Source of the DNA: Chiloscyllium plagiosum
Taxonomy: Eukaryota
DNA length: 23,506 bases
Reading direction: 5' to 3'
Assembly: GCF_004010195.1 (NCBI RefSeq)
Contig: NC_057720.1
Location: forward strand, 18,924,538-18,948,043
Shown one piece after another: positions 1-9,984 of the stretch (the stretch's first letter is position 1; each line of letters opens with the position of its first letter). The position numbers and the translations under genes are program-made. Below the pieces are notes generated by a model, which worked only from the letters and a program-made list of their open reading frames with translations, was not told the origin of the DNA and did not search any database.

Positions 1-215
1 AAAATGTGTTGCTGGAAAAGCGCAGCAGGTCAGGTAGCATCCAAGGAACAGGAGAATCGATGTTTCGGGCATGAGCCCTTCTTCAAGAATGAGGAGAGTG
101 TGCCAAGCAAGCTAAGATAAAAGGTAGGCAGGAGGGACTTGGGGGAGGGGCGTTGGAAATGCGATAGATGGAAGGAGGTTAAGATGAGGGTGATAGGCCG
201 GAGTGGGGGTGGGGG
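1..215 (-). mobile_element. Penelope-like element terminal repeat (pLTR) fragment, cut by window edge and gap
   Basis: Shares GCTGGAAAAG-CAGCAGGTCAGG-AGCATCC with other copies in the window; damaged hammerhead motif on minus strand at 59-86. Confidence 0.75.
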
Positions 216-427
216 NNNNNNNNNNNNNNNNNNNNNNNNNNNNNNNNNNNNNNNNNNNNNNNNNNNNNNNNNNNNNNNNNNNNNNNNNNNNNNNNNNNNN
301 NNNNNNNNNNNNNNNNNNNNNNNNNNNNNNNNNNNNNNNNNNNNNNNNNNNNNNNNNNNNNNNNNNNNNNNNNNNNNNNNNNNNNNNNNNNNNNNNNNNN
401 NNNNNNNNNNNNNNNNNNNNNNNNNNN
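216..427. other. Assembly gap
   Basis: Run of N. Confidence 1.
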
Positions 428-950
428 TCCGAGGAGCAGGAAAATCGACATTTTGGGCGAAAGCCCTTCATCAGGAATAGAGACAGGGTGCCTGCAGAGT
501 GGAGAGATAAATGAGAGGGGGGTGGAGGTGGGGAGAAAGTAGCATAGAACACTTCAACCCCATGGCATCAAGGTGGATTTCACCATTTTCCTCATTTCCC
601 CTTCCCCCACCTCACTCCAGCTCCAACCTTCTAGCTCAGCAATGCCCTCATGACCTGATCTACCTGCCTATCTTCCTTTCCACCGATCCACTCCACCCTC
701 CTCTCTGATCTATCACCTCCATCCCCACCCCCAAACACTTATTGTACTCTATGCTACTTTCTCCCCACCCCACCCCCCTCTCATTTATCTCTACACCCTG
801 CAGGCACCCTGCCTCTATTCCTGATGAAGGGCTTTTGCCCGAAACGTCGATTTTCCTGCTCCTCGGATGCTGCCTGACCTGCTGTGCTTTTCCAGCACAA
901 CTCTAATCCAGACTTGGGTTTCCAGCATCTGCAGTCCTTATTTTTACCTA
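428..950 (+). mobile_element. Penelope-like element 3' end with inverted partial pLTR
   Basis: 549-599 translates TLQPHGIKVDFTIFLIS, resembling the L-x-P-x-G-x-N end of PLE GIY-YIG endonucleases; 428-548 is the reverse complement of 748-867; hammerhead core at 821-848. Confidence 0.8.
817..852 (+). ncRNA. Minimal type I hammerhead ribozyme motif, core intact
   Basis: CTGATGA(821-827)-A-GGGC TTTT GCCC(829-840)-GAAAC(841-845)-GTC(846-848); palindromic ACGT stem III; weak stem I (ATTC/GATT). Confidence 0.75.
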
Positions 951-1036
951 GATAATTAGAATGATCTCACATCACACAGTAAGACAAACTTTCCTAACAC
1001 TATATATTACAGAAACTCAAGTACAGAAAAATTATG

Positions 1037-1234
1037 GGGGTGAAAGTGAGGACTGCAGATGCTGGAGATCAGGGTCAAGATTAGAGTGGTGCTGGAAAAG
1101 CACAGCAGGTCAGGAAGCATCCGAGGAGCAGGGAAATCGACGTTTTGGGCAAAAGCCCTTCATCAGGAATGAGGCAGGGAGCCTCCGGGATGGAGAGATT
1201 AAATGGGAAGAGAGTGCCCCACTCTAATCTTGAC
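1037..1234 (-). mobile_element. Short PLE insertion with 15-bp target duplication
   Basis: TACAGAAAAATTATG at 1022-1036 and 1235-1249; 1219-1234 is the reverse complement of 1074-1089; hammerhead motif 1139-1166 (G12 to A). Confidence 0.8.
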
Positions 1235-1620
1235 TACAGAAAAATTATGCCCCTAGCTCAACTCTTTAGGATTCTACCTAACACACTCTTGACGGCGTCT
1301 TTGTCTTGAGATGTGAAGACAATTTCGTGAGTATTTTTTTCAAATCTGTCAACATGAACTTTTCATCAATCTGAAAACCTAAACTTCCTCAATTCTAACA
1401 ATTTGAGAATTTCTAACCACATTCTCCTGGTTTGGAAGTTACACAAACCTAATGTCTTTGCTGATATGATCTCTTCCCTGAATCCTTCCTCTAGGAGAGA
1501 AACTAGAGTGGCTTCTAAGCTCAACACTGGTTAGTTCTGATTGAATTACAACAAAAAAAGCTTGCTCATCCTGGATTCTTCTCAACTGAAAACAAACAAA
1601 TGACCTTACACATTAACTCT

Positions 1621-1911
1621 GGCAAAAGTGAGTACTGCAGACACTGGAGATCAGAGTCAAGATTAGAGTGGTGCTGGAAAAGCACTACAGGTCAGGCAGC
1701 ATCTGAGGAGCAGGAAAATCGAGGTTTCCCCCCAACTCCATCCACCTATTGCACTCCCAGCTACATTCCCCCCAGCCCCATTCCCCCTCCCATTTATCTC
1801 TCCACCCCTGAGGCTCCCAGCCTTATTCCTGATGAAGGGCTTTTACCCGAAACATCAATTTTCCTGCTCCTTGGATGCTGCCTGATCTGTGCTTTTCCAC
1901 CACTCTAGTCT
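1621..1911. mobile_element. Short PLE insertion, inverted pLTR halves, 15-bp target duplication
   Basis: TTACAC(A/G)TTAACTCT at 1606-1620 and 1912-1926; two arms in opposite orientation; damaged hammerhead at 1829-1856 (+). Confidence 0.8.
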
Positions 1912-2473
1912 TTACACGTTAACTCTACCTGTCATAAACATCTTTCTGTTAACACCACAGTGGTCCACAGTCACCTGCTTTTTGTCAAAAATTCTGGATT
2001 TAGTCAATGTTTCAGAAAGACTCTCTGACCTTTTTTAAAAGAAACATCTTCACAGAAATAACCAACACCCAACTACATCTATTTTGAAATCCAAATTCAA
2101 ACTTATAATAATATATGTATAGTACACACCTTGTAGATCTCTCCTCAAGTTGCTCTTTAATTATCTCATGATTGGATTTCATATCCATAGACATTAGGAC
2201 TATAGAGGAAAGCCTACCACATACACTGACACAATATTAACCAACTGGCCACTCCTTTTCACTCACTATAAAAATCAAAGCTGTATGATCATATTCAGAA
2301 GTAAGGATCACTTTGGTGTACAGTATTTCACTTGGTTACAAAAATCAAGCCTGGTACAGGAAGTAGGGAGAGCCCTGATGGAATGCTTAGCTAGGAGAAA
2401 ACCATAGTTAATAAACATAAAACATTAATTCATGCAATTTCTAAATGATTTTGTCTTTCTTTTTATTGAACAG

Positions 2474-2632
2474 CACACCAAGAAGATCATTACCTCAGAC
2501 AATCCACCATTCCGTCATCAGACAAACACGCTTTACACTCCCATGACAACTCTGAAGTATGCTGATCCAAATGGAGATCTCCCCATTGACACCTTCTACA
2601 AAATGGTTTTCCATCATGATAAAGTTTTCCAT
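2474..2632 (+). CDS. Candidate internal coding exon of an unidentified gene (HTKKIITSDNPPFRHQTNTLYTPMTTLKYADPNGDLPIDTFYKMVFHHDKVFH)
   Basis: Branch-like CTAAAT at 2441, long pyrimidine tract and CAG at 2471-2473; 159 bp, phase 0-0; codons mostly C/T-ending and GC higher than AT-rich flanks; ends at CAT|gcaagt. The 3' boundary is uncertain. Confidence 0.6.
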
Positions 2633-2844
2633 GCAAGTCTCAATTTTATTAAATTGTTGAGATGGAGAAGCAAAAAAAGTTTTAATTTAGGAAAAACAAA
2701 TAGTAAAGAATAGTCTTTATCTACCCTTCAATTTTAACAAATTAGAAATCACTTGTGAAAAATGAAAGCAGTTACTTCTATTCCTCAGCTGAGCTTCATG
2801 TTATAATTCATCATTTTCTCACGTATCTGTTATATCTGATCAAC

Positions 2845-2960
2845 AGCAGGTTGGGGAAACTGGGGTTGTACTCATTTAGAGAAAAGTAACTTGATATATC
2901 TACACAATACTGTGACAGGTTTAGATAATGCTAAGGAAGGTAAGCTGTTCCCATTAGCTG
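2845..2960 (+). mobile_element. Highly decayed CR1 LINE fragment
   Basis: Resembles the RL-KLGL-SL coding segment of better CR1 copies in this window. Confidence 0.4.
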
Positions 2961-3107
2961 ACCCCTGCCTTGTGGCAGCATAGTGGAGGTACAATTAACT
3001 TTAGTGACAGAAACTAATACTGCAGAGAATATTTGTCAGTTGTGGCCATCTTCTGTCAATGCTAGTAATAAACCAATCATACAGATGGAGGCTATAAAGA
3101 GATTTTG

Positions 3108-3207
3108 AGACAAAAACAGAAATTGCTGGAGAAACTCAGAAGGTGTGGCAGTATCTGTGGCAAGAAACAGAGTTAATATTTTGAGCCTTGTGACCCTCCT
3201 TCAGATT
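3108..3207 (-). mobile_element. Old PLE terminal fragment
   Basis: AAACAGAAATTGCTGGAGAAACTCAG...GCAGTATCTGTGG, similar to 19440-19556 and 19595-19710; degenerate hammerhead-like spacing. Confidence 0.55.
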
Positions 3208-3211
3208 TGTC

Positions 3212-3350
3212 TTGGTTTGACTTATTAATGTCACGTACCAAGATACAGTGAAAAATATTGTTTGCACGCTATCCAGGCGAATTATACCTTACGTAAGTAC
3301 ATCAGGATAATAGAACAGAAAGCAGAATGTACTGATACAGCAACAGAGAA
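3212..3350 (-). mobile_element. Rex1/Babar LINE 3' UTR (resumes at 3794-3829 and after 4074)
   Basis: Reverse complement aligns by eye to 8330-8470, the 3' end of the Rex1/Babar copy. Confidence 0.65.
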
Positions 3351-3783
3351 TTAGAAATCTATTGTGTGGAAATAGGCCCTTTATGAATAGGTAGGGTTTG
3401 GAGGGATATGGGCTGGGTACTGGCAGGTGGGACTAGATTGGGTTGAGATATCTGGTCGGCATGGGCGGGTCTGTTTCCATGCTGTGCATCTCTATGACTT
3501 TATGACTCTAAGTCCACACCAGCCCTCCGAAAGGTAACCCACGCAGACCCATTCCTCTACATTTACCCTGACTAATGCACCTAACCTACACATCCCTGAA
3601 CACTATGGGCAATTTAGCATGGCCAATTCACCTAACCTGCATATCCTTTGGATTGTGGGAGGAAACCCACACAGACACAGGGAGAATGTGCAACCTCCAC
3701 ACAGACAATCACCCGAGGCTAGAATTGAACCGAGGTCCTTGGTGCTGTGAGGCAGCAGTGCTAACCACTGTGCCTCTGCGCCC
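3351..3783 (-). mobile_element. HE1-type tRNA-derived SINE, interrupted by a CR1 tail
   Basis: Minus strand reads GGCACAGTGGTTAGCACTGCTGCCTCACAGC (A box) ... GGTTCAATTC (B box), TGTGCAGGTTAGGTG core, and a LINE-like tail. Confidence 0.85.
3382..3509 (+). mobile_element. CR1 LINE 3' terminal fragment nested in the SINE
   Basis: Matches 17328-17460; ends in (CTATGACT)-type repeats. Confidence 0.8.
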
Positions 3784-3799
3784 CTGTGAGATAAGGTGC

Positions 3800-4024
3800 A
3801 GAGAAAGATCAACTCTAATATATGAGAAGGAGAAAGTGAAGACTGCAGATGCTGAAGATCAGAGTCGAGACTGTGGTGCTGGAAAAACACAGCAGGTCAG
3901 GCAGCATCTGAGAAGAGAAAGATCAACTCTAATATATGAGGAGAAAGTGAAGACTGCAGATGCTGAAGATCAGAGTCGAGACTGTGGTGCTGGAAAAACA
4001 CAGCAGGTCAGGCAGCATCTGAGA
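3800..4024 (+). repeat. Tandem duplication, 114 + 111 bp
   Basis: 3800-3913 and 3914-4024 are identical except for a 3-bp indel. Confidence 0.95.
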
Positions 4025-4073
4025 AGCTCCTTGGATGCTACCTGACCTGCTGTGCTTTTCCAGCACCTCACAC
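3830..4073. mobile_element. PLE insertion with tandem duplication and inverted arm
   Basis: Flanked by TCAACTCTAATATATGAGAAG (3809-3829, 4074-4094); 4026-4081 is inverted relative to the left arm. Confidence 0.75.
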
Positions 4074-4139
4074 TCAACTCTAATATATGAGAAGTCCATT
4101 CATAAAATGGCAGCAAGAGAAAATGGCATTTATCTTGAT

Positions 4140-4400
4140 GATGGCGGTGTAGGGGAAAATGAGTGAGCGGATAACTGGAGCTCAGAGAAAGAGGAAACAG
4201 TTAATCAGACAAAGGGAAGTCAATAATAAAGCACAGAAGAAGTGAGATAGGTGATAACGGGGGTTTGTGATGGCTGAAAATATTCATGACTGTACTGTAA
4301 GCAACCTATGTCATGACAGGATTCTGTCTGTGGGGGTGGGTAAAACACATGGAAGGAGGTGTTCTGGCTCTAAAATTGGAGAATGCGATATTGAGTCATG
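4140..4400 (-). mobile_element. Decayed PLE 3' region
   Basis: 4367-4397 reads LNIAFSNFRA on the minus strand, resembling a PLE ORF end, followed by a pyrimidine-rich UTR-like tract. Confidence 0.4.
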
Positions 4401-4974
4401 AGATGAGAATTTAAGAATTGTCTGGCTCTCTTGTCATTTTAAATGCTGACTGGTGGATTTTTATTGTCAGACATTGTGTGACAGTGTGATTGTGGTGGTG
4501 ATACAACATTCATTATACATCAAAGCTCCAAAACCAAACAGCTTTCACAAAAAAAAGCTGTTTCCAAAAGAGCAATATTCCTGCTGCCCTATTTAACTTA
4601 CACAAAGACATGATTAATTACTGCAGAGTCGAGATCACAGTATCATTATCCTGGCAGAGTAGAACTGTCACCATATTTTTTGTCATCCAGTCATGTTGAA
4701 ATGAATAGCATAAATTCCAGTTGTCAATTTGCTGCTTTAGCGAAAGCTTACTCTGTCATTGTGGGCTCTTTATGGCTTAATCATGTACAACCCTCATTAT
4801 GGAATGTTACTGTGGCTGAGAGGAGTAGAAATCTATTTGTTTTGGCAATAATGAAACCGAATACAGCATGCAGATGATCTAAGATATGCCACTGCCCAAG
4901 ACATCTTTGCAACCCAGAGTTCCAAACCATAAAGCAAGTTGAATTACTTCAACCCTAAATATGTTTTCATGTTT

Positions 4975-5440
4975 TCTCACAGGATGTGTGCATTGCTGAC
5001 TAGGCCAATATTTATTGCTCACACCAATTGCCCATGACAGGGCGGTGATTGTTAAACCCCAGAGGCTAAAAAGTTGATAAAACAGAATCCAGGAATGTAC
5101 TTTCTCCAGTTAGAAGACATCACAAAATTCCAACCCATCTTTTATTTGTTTTCCATATAGTTATCACACCCAGTTCTCACCCAATTAACCCTTAATTAAC
5201 ATATACCATTGGTCTGATGCCTCTCCACCAGAGTCAAGTCATGATAAGTTATAAACCACCTTATTGAACTGTTGCAGTCCATGAGGTGCTTTGAGGAAGA
5301 CAGTGCCAGGACTTTGACTCAGCAACAGCGAAGGAACGACAATATTGTTCCAAGTCAGGATTGTGTGTGAATGACTTTCCAGGCATCTGCTCCCCATTTT
5401 TTTCCAGGTGGTTTAGAAGGTGCTGTTGATGGAAATCTGT
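4975..5440 (-). mobile_element. Decayed CR1/L2-type LINE 3' end, interrupted by about 200 bp of LTR-like sequence (about 5050-5252)
   Basis: CACAGGATGTG...GGCCAATATTTATTGC tail shared with 15958-16015; host sequence appears to resume near 5253; insert begins TGTTA. Confidence 0.45.
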
Positions 5441-5974
5441 GTGTTGTCATATTCATATTCTGTCAAATCAATAAATTAAAAATGATTTAACAGATTACTC
5501 ATTCTTCATTTTTGAAATCAATCATATCATCATCCAATAGTCTACATCCTTCATGCAGCATCTTAACACAAGGGCAGAACAGTTTTGACTTTACCAACTC
5601 CACCACACACCCTCAACACTGTCAGGTGAAAACTAGACTTGCGAAGGGGTTACACTGGGATGGTGCCCTGGCTCCATCTTCATCTTGATCTGTTGCCAGC
5701 CCACTGCTTGTGGCCCTGCACTGCATGCCAGCGATAGCCTCAGAAATATTCACAAGTCAGGGTCTGAGAATTTCATGTGGATCCTGATGTTACTTTCACG
5801 CTGTCCGATGAGTCTTGTATATTTCTGACCATGCCTGGGAAATCCACTGGGCGTCAGAAGCCCAATTGGAAAAGTGTATTAAGAAGTATTTTGAGAGGCC
5901 TCCTCATGAGTAGCAATTCTCATCTGGAACCAATAAAACTCCTTGACTTTGCTCTGTTTTCTCTTTCCCTTCCT

Positions 5975-6063
5975 GTGGTGGCATAGTGGTTAGCACTGCT
6001 GTCTTCTCACGCTGGGGACTTAGGTTCAATTCCACCTTGGGTGACTGTCTGTGTGGTGTTCAC
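5975..6063 (+). mobile_element. HE1-type SINE, 5' part only
   Basis: GGCATAGTGGTTAGCACTGC (A box), GGTTCAATTCC (B box), CCTTGGGTGACTGTCTGTGTGG. Confidence 0.8.
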
Positions 6064-7390
6064 ATAGAACGTAGAACAATACAGTGCAGAACAGGCCCTT
6101 CGGGCCTCGATGTTGCGCCGACCTGTGAACTATTCTCAGCTCATCCCCCTACACTATCCCAAAATCATCCATGAGCTTATCTAAGGATTGTTTAAATCTC
6201 CCTAATGTGGCTGAGTTGACTACATTAGCAGGTAGGGCATTCCACGCCCTTACCACTCTCTGCGTAAAGAACCTGCCTCTGACATCGGTCTTAACTCTAT
6301 CACCTCTCAATTTGTAGTTATTCCCCCTCATACATGCTGACGTCATTGTCCTAGGAAAAAGACTTTCACTGTCTACCCTATCTAATCCTCTGATCATCTT
6401 GTATGTCTCTATCAAATCCCCCCCGAGCCTTCTTCTTTCTAATGAGAACAGACCCAAGTCTCTCAGCCTTTCCTNNNNNNNNNNNNNNNNNNNNNNNNNN
6501 NNNNNNNNNNNNNNNNNNNNNNNNNNNNNNNNNNNNNNNNNNNNNNNNNNNNNNNNNNNNNNNNNNNNNNNNNNNNNNNNNNNNNNNNNNNNNNNNNNNN
6601 NNNNNNNNNNNNNNNNNNNNNNNNNNNNNNNNNNNNNNNNNNNNNNNNNNNNNNNNNNNNNNNNNNNNNNNNNNNNNNNNNNNNNNNNNNNNNNNNNNNN
6701 NNNNNNNNNNNNNNNNNNNNNNNNNNNNNNNNNNNNNNNNNNNNNNNNNNNNNNNNNNNNNNNNNNNNNNNNNNNNNNNNNNNNNNNNNNNNNNNNNNNN
6801 NNNNNNNNNNNNNNNNNNNNNNNNNNNNNNNNNNNNNNNNNNNNNNNNNNNNNNNNNNNNNNNNNNNNNNNNNNNNNNNNNNNNNNNNNNNNNNNNNNNN
6901 NNNNNNNNNNNNNNNNNNNNNNNNNNNNNNNNNNNNNNNNNNNNNNNNNNNNNNNNNNNNNNNNNNNNNNNNNNNNNNNNNNNNNNNNNNNNNNNNNNNN
7001 NNNNNNNNNNNNNNNNCATGCCTCTGCATTTTCTCCAACAGCCTACCATGTGGAACCTTATCAAAGGCTTTACTGAAGTCCATGTATACCACGTCAACTG
7101 CCCTACCCTCATCTACATGCTTGGTCACCTTCTCAAAAAACCCAATGAGGTTTGTGAGACACGACCTGCCCTTGACAAAACCATGTTGACTATCTGAAAT
7201 CAAATTGTTGCTTGCTAGATGATTATAAATCTTATCTCTTATAATCCTTTCCAAAACCTTTCCTACAACAGAGGTAAGGCTCACTGGTCTATAATTACCT
7301 GGGTCATCTCTACTGCCCTTCTTGAACAAGGGCACAACATTTGCAATCCTCCAGTCCTCTGTACCAAACCTGTAGACAATGACGACTCAG
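6062..7390 (-). mobile_element. 5'-truncated CR1 LINE (ORF2 reverse transcriptase and 3' UTR), spanning a gap
   Basis: PLFKKG...NYRPVSLTSVVGK...QHGFVKGRSCLTNL...DFSKAFDKVPH, then LGLFSLERRRL...FFTQRVVRAWNALP; TTCTA(C/T)G tail repeats at 6062-6077. Confidence 0.95.
6475..7016. other. Assembly gap
   Basis: Run of N. Confidence 1.
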
Positions 7391-7929
7391 AGTCATTGAA
7401 GCCCGTTCTAGCCCAGTAACATACCATGGTTGAGGTCATGAAGGTCACATTAACCATGTTGCCTGCTTGGCTCAGCTACTTGATGAAAAGTTCTGAGTCA
7501 TCCGAAGAGGCTTGTGGTATGCAGATTAGAATTAAAAGATTATAATGCCCTGTCTTAATGTTTGCCTCAGCCAAAACACATCAATATTGGAAGCCATTGT
7601 CAAATAAGAGGCTCCATCTCTTCAGGATTAATCATGCCTTCAAACTTCTTCCCCATCCCCAATCTTGCAAGACCAAATGCTAACATTTCATGGATATCCT
7701 TGGCTCTAAGAGTAAGTTATCTGGGACATGCCTCTGTTAATTCTTTCTTTTACTTTCTCTCTTCCTTCCAACTTCTCTCCAGATTCCAGCTCACACCAGC
7801 TATATTCCGCCTTCATTGCAGTTTCTTCCTTATTTCTCCTACTGCTGTACTTTCTCCAAGGATCTATCCAGCCTCCTATGTCAGTGAGAAAATAATCAGC
7901 AAGGGTGACTATATGTGATCAGCAGCCTT

Positions 7930-8476
7930 CTTTGTCCAGTCCTTTCTGGTACATCCAAGCCAGAACGACAGTTAAGAATGCATACGTCCTCAGAAGGCAA
8001 AGGAAATTCCCAAGTCCAAAAAGCACTCTTACCAATTTTCATTAATGCATCCTGTCTGGATGCATCTGAACTCAGTATGGCAACTGCTCTGTCCAAGACC
8101 ACAAGAAATTACAGAGAGTTGTGAATGCAGCCCAGTCCATCATGAAAACCAGCTTTCCATCGCCTACTGCTTTGCCTTGGGAAAGCAGCCAAAATAATCA
8201 AAGACCCCTGCCGCCCAGTTATATTCTCTTCCATCTGACCGAAGATCCAAAAGTTTAAAAACATGCATTAATAGATTTAAGAACAGCTTCATCCCCACTG
8301 TTATCAGACGTATGAATGTACCTCTAGTCTATAGAGTTAATTTTTCTCTGCACCTTCTCTATAACACATTATTCTGCATTCAGAAAGGTATGATTTACCT
8401 GGATAGCACACAAAACAATACTTTTCACTGAATCATGGTACATGTGATAACAATAATAAATTAAATCAAATCAAAA
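7930..8476 (+). mobile_element. Rex1/Babar LINE 3' end, frameshifted
   Basis: Fragments YVLRRQRKF, LTNF, ILSGCI, YGNCSVQDHKKLQRVVNAAQSI, RFKNSFIPTVIR; ends AATAAA-TTAAATCAAATCAAA. Confidence 0.8.
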
Positions 8477-8702
8477 ATTAGTAGAAAATTTGACAAGTTT
8501 TCCAAGGAGAAAACTGAATTAATTAGTCACAGGGCAATGCTGCTCTGATTTATCCCTGTGAGTGAGGTTTAATCTTTCCTTCCTCTAAACCTCTTTGCAA
8601 TCCCTGCAATCTCTGATCTAATCTTTGTATGTGGTGCAGTTTTCAACCCTGACCCAAAGCAATTTCTTTCTGTTCATTTCAAAGAGACAAAGACAGAAGT
8701 AC

Positions 8703-9338
8703 TGTTACAGACTAGGCCAGACTACTCAAAACATTCTTGAGTAGGCAACCCAGACATAACTTTGCAATTTGCTTTGGTAAGTGTACATTGAGAAATTACC
8801 CAGAGTTAAGCTAGCTAGGTAAACTACTAGATTTTAAAACAGATAGAAATTTATTCACAAAATTACACGATGAAACACAAAGAACAGAATAAAGAACCCC
8901 TAAAGATCTCAGTCTATTCAAACTAGACTTAATTATGCTGTTCCGAATATACACCATAGTCGCAATAAGCAAACCTTCTTGAAACACAGTTAAAAAATGG
9001 AACAGATGCCTACAGGTTGAAGTTAGAAGGGCAGAAAGAGAGAGCTTGTTTTCACACAGCTCAATGTTGAATTTCTAACTAGTTCTAGACTGAACTGCTC
9101 AGCTAGAGAGCCGAACACTCCCCTTTCATTATACAGGTCACTTCTAACACATGACCACTTTGGCCTGAACTCATCTGTTTACATATAAATGAAAAAGCTT
9201 CTCAATGCCCTTTAATCTCTGTACCAAACCAGTCTAACTGGGCACCGGGAGTAGTTTATGACCCCTGTGAAAAAAACAAGGATACAGTATCTTTGAGAAA
9301 AGGAACAGCTTTTAGAAAGAAGGACCAGCTTTGTGACA
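8703..9338 (-). mobile_element. Solo LTR (636 bp), probably Gypsy-type
   Basis: TGTTACA...TGTGACA inverted termini (TG...CA); flanks GTAC/GTAT (4-bp duplication, one mismatch); minus-strand AATAAA at 8850-8855. Confidence 0.7.
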
Positions 9339-9359
9339 GTATTTTAAGGTATCATCCCG

Positions 9360-9482
9360 AAAGCAAAAAGGCTGCTGGAAATCTGGTCTAAAAAAAGTTG
9401 GAAAATTCAACTGATCAGCTAGCACCTATGGCAAGAGAAACCAAGTTACCATTGCAGTTTGATGACTTTTCTTCAGGATTGA
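9360..9482 (-). mobile_element. Old PLE terminal fragment
   Basis: GCTGCTGGAAATCTG...TCTTCAGGA pattern as in other decayed PLE ends. Confidence 0.45.
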
Positions 9483-9486
9483 AATA

Positions 9487-9970
9487 TTGGATGTGATTTT
9501 ACATTCTCACAACAGGTGGGGGCCTTGTCTGAAATCCAATTTTCAGGGGGTGGTGGAACAACCAGGTTTCCCCCTGCCACTATTTGGGCTTGTTGTAACT
9601 CTGAAGTGGCCAATTAGTGGAATCTTATGCCAGATGTGTAGCCTGGCAGCTATTACTGGGCAAGTTGGTGCTAGGTAAGGAGATGGATGACCTTTGGGCA
9701 GCCCTTGTAACCTGTGGAGGCAATCCTTTCACACTTTAACCATCCCTCTCAAATCAGGCCCACACTCTCCTCAGCCATCTCCCTGTGGCCTATCAGCCAG
9801 TATCAGCGAATACCTGACCTCTGGTCTTGTTTAGTGTCTACTGTAGCCCAGACGGTGGCCACCACTCAAACTTGGTGCTGCTGAGACTACATAGAATGCT
9901 CATTGGCCAATGGATTGCCTAGCAGTGGCAATCCACTTAGCCAATTAAACTCCTTCTAAGTGTTCAATGG
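9487..9970. mobile_element. Possible decayed non-autonomous DNA transposon (Harbinger-like)
   Basis: GC-richer block starting GATTTTAC, with repeated GCCAATTA motifs; resemblance from memory only, no clear terminal repeats. Confidence 0.3.
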
Positions 9971-9984
9971 TTGTGGAAGGCTTT

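Noticed and set aside
112..552. Long ORFs across the first gap, and likewise most ORFs across 6378-7197
   Set aside because: Length comes from N runs; only the CR1 RT frame is meaningful.
3575..4045. 156-aa ORF with an internal repeat
   Set aside because: Made of antisense SINE plus the duplicated PLE end; not a plausible gene.
3800..4094. Three spaced 18-21 bp direct repeats, CRISPR-like
   Set aside because: The first two spacers are identical PLE sequence; vertebrate context; no cas genes.
4960..5000. Apparent splice acceptor TTTTCATGTTTTCTCACAG
   Set aside because: It is the antisense tail of a LINE-type repeat also seen at 15955.
5975..6040. tRNA-like A/B boxes (also near 3720-3783, 10085, 11550-11608)
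   Set aside because: SINE heads followed by SINE body; no cloverleaf, so not tRNA genes.
6338..6345. Second TGACGTCA motif
   Set aside because: Lies in CR1 coding sequence; likely incidental.
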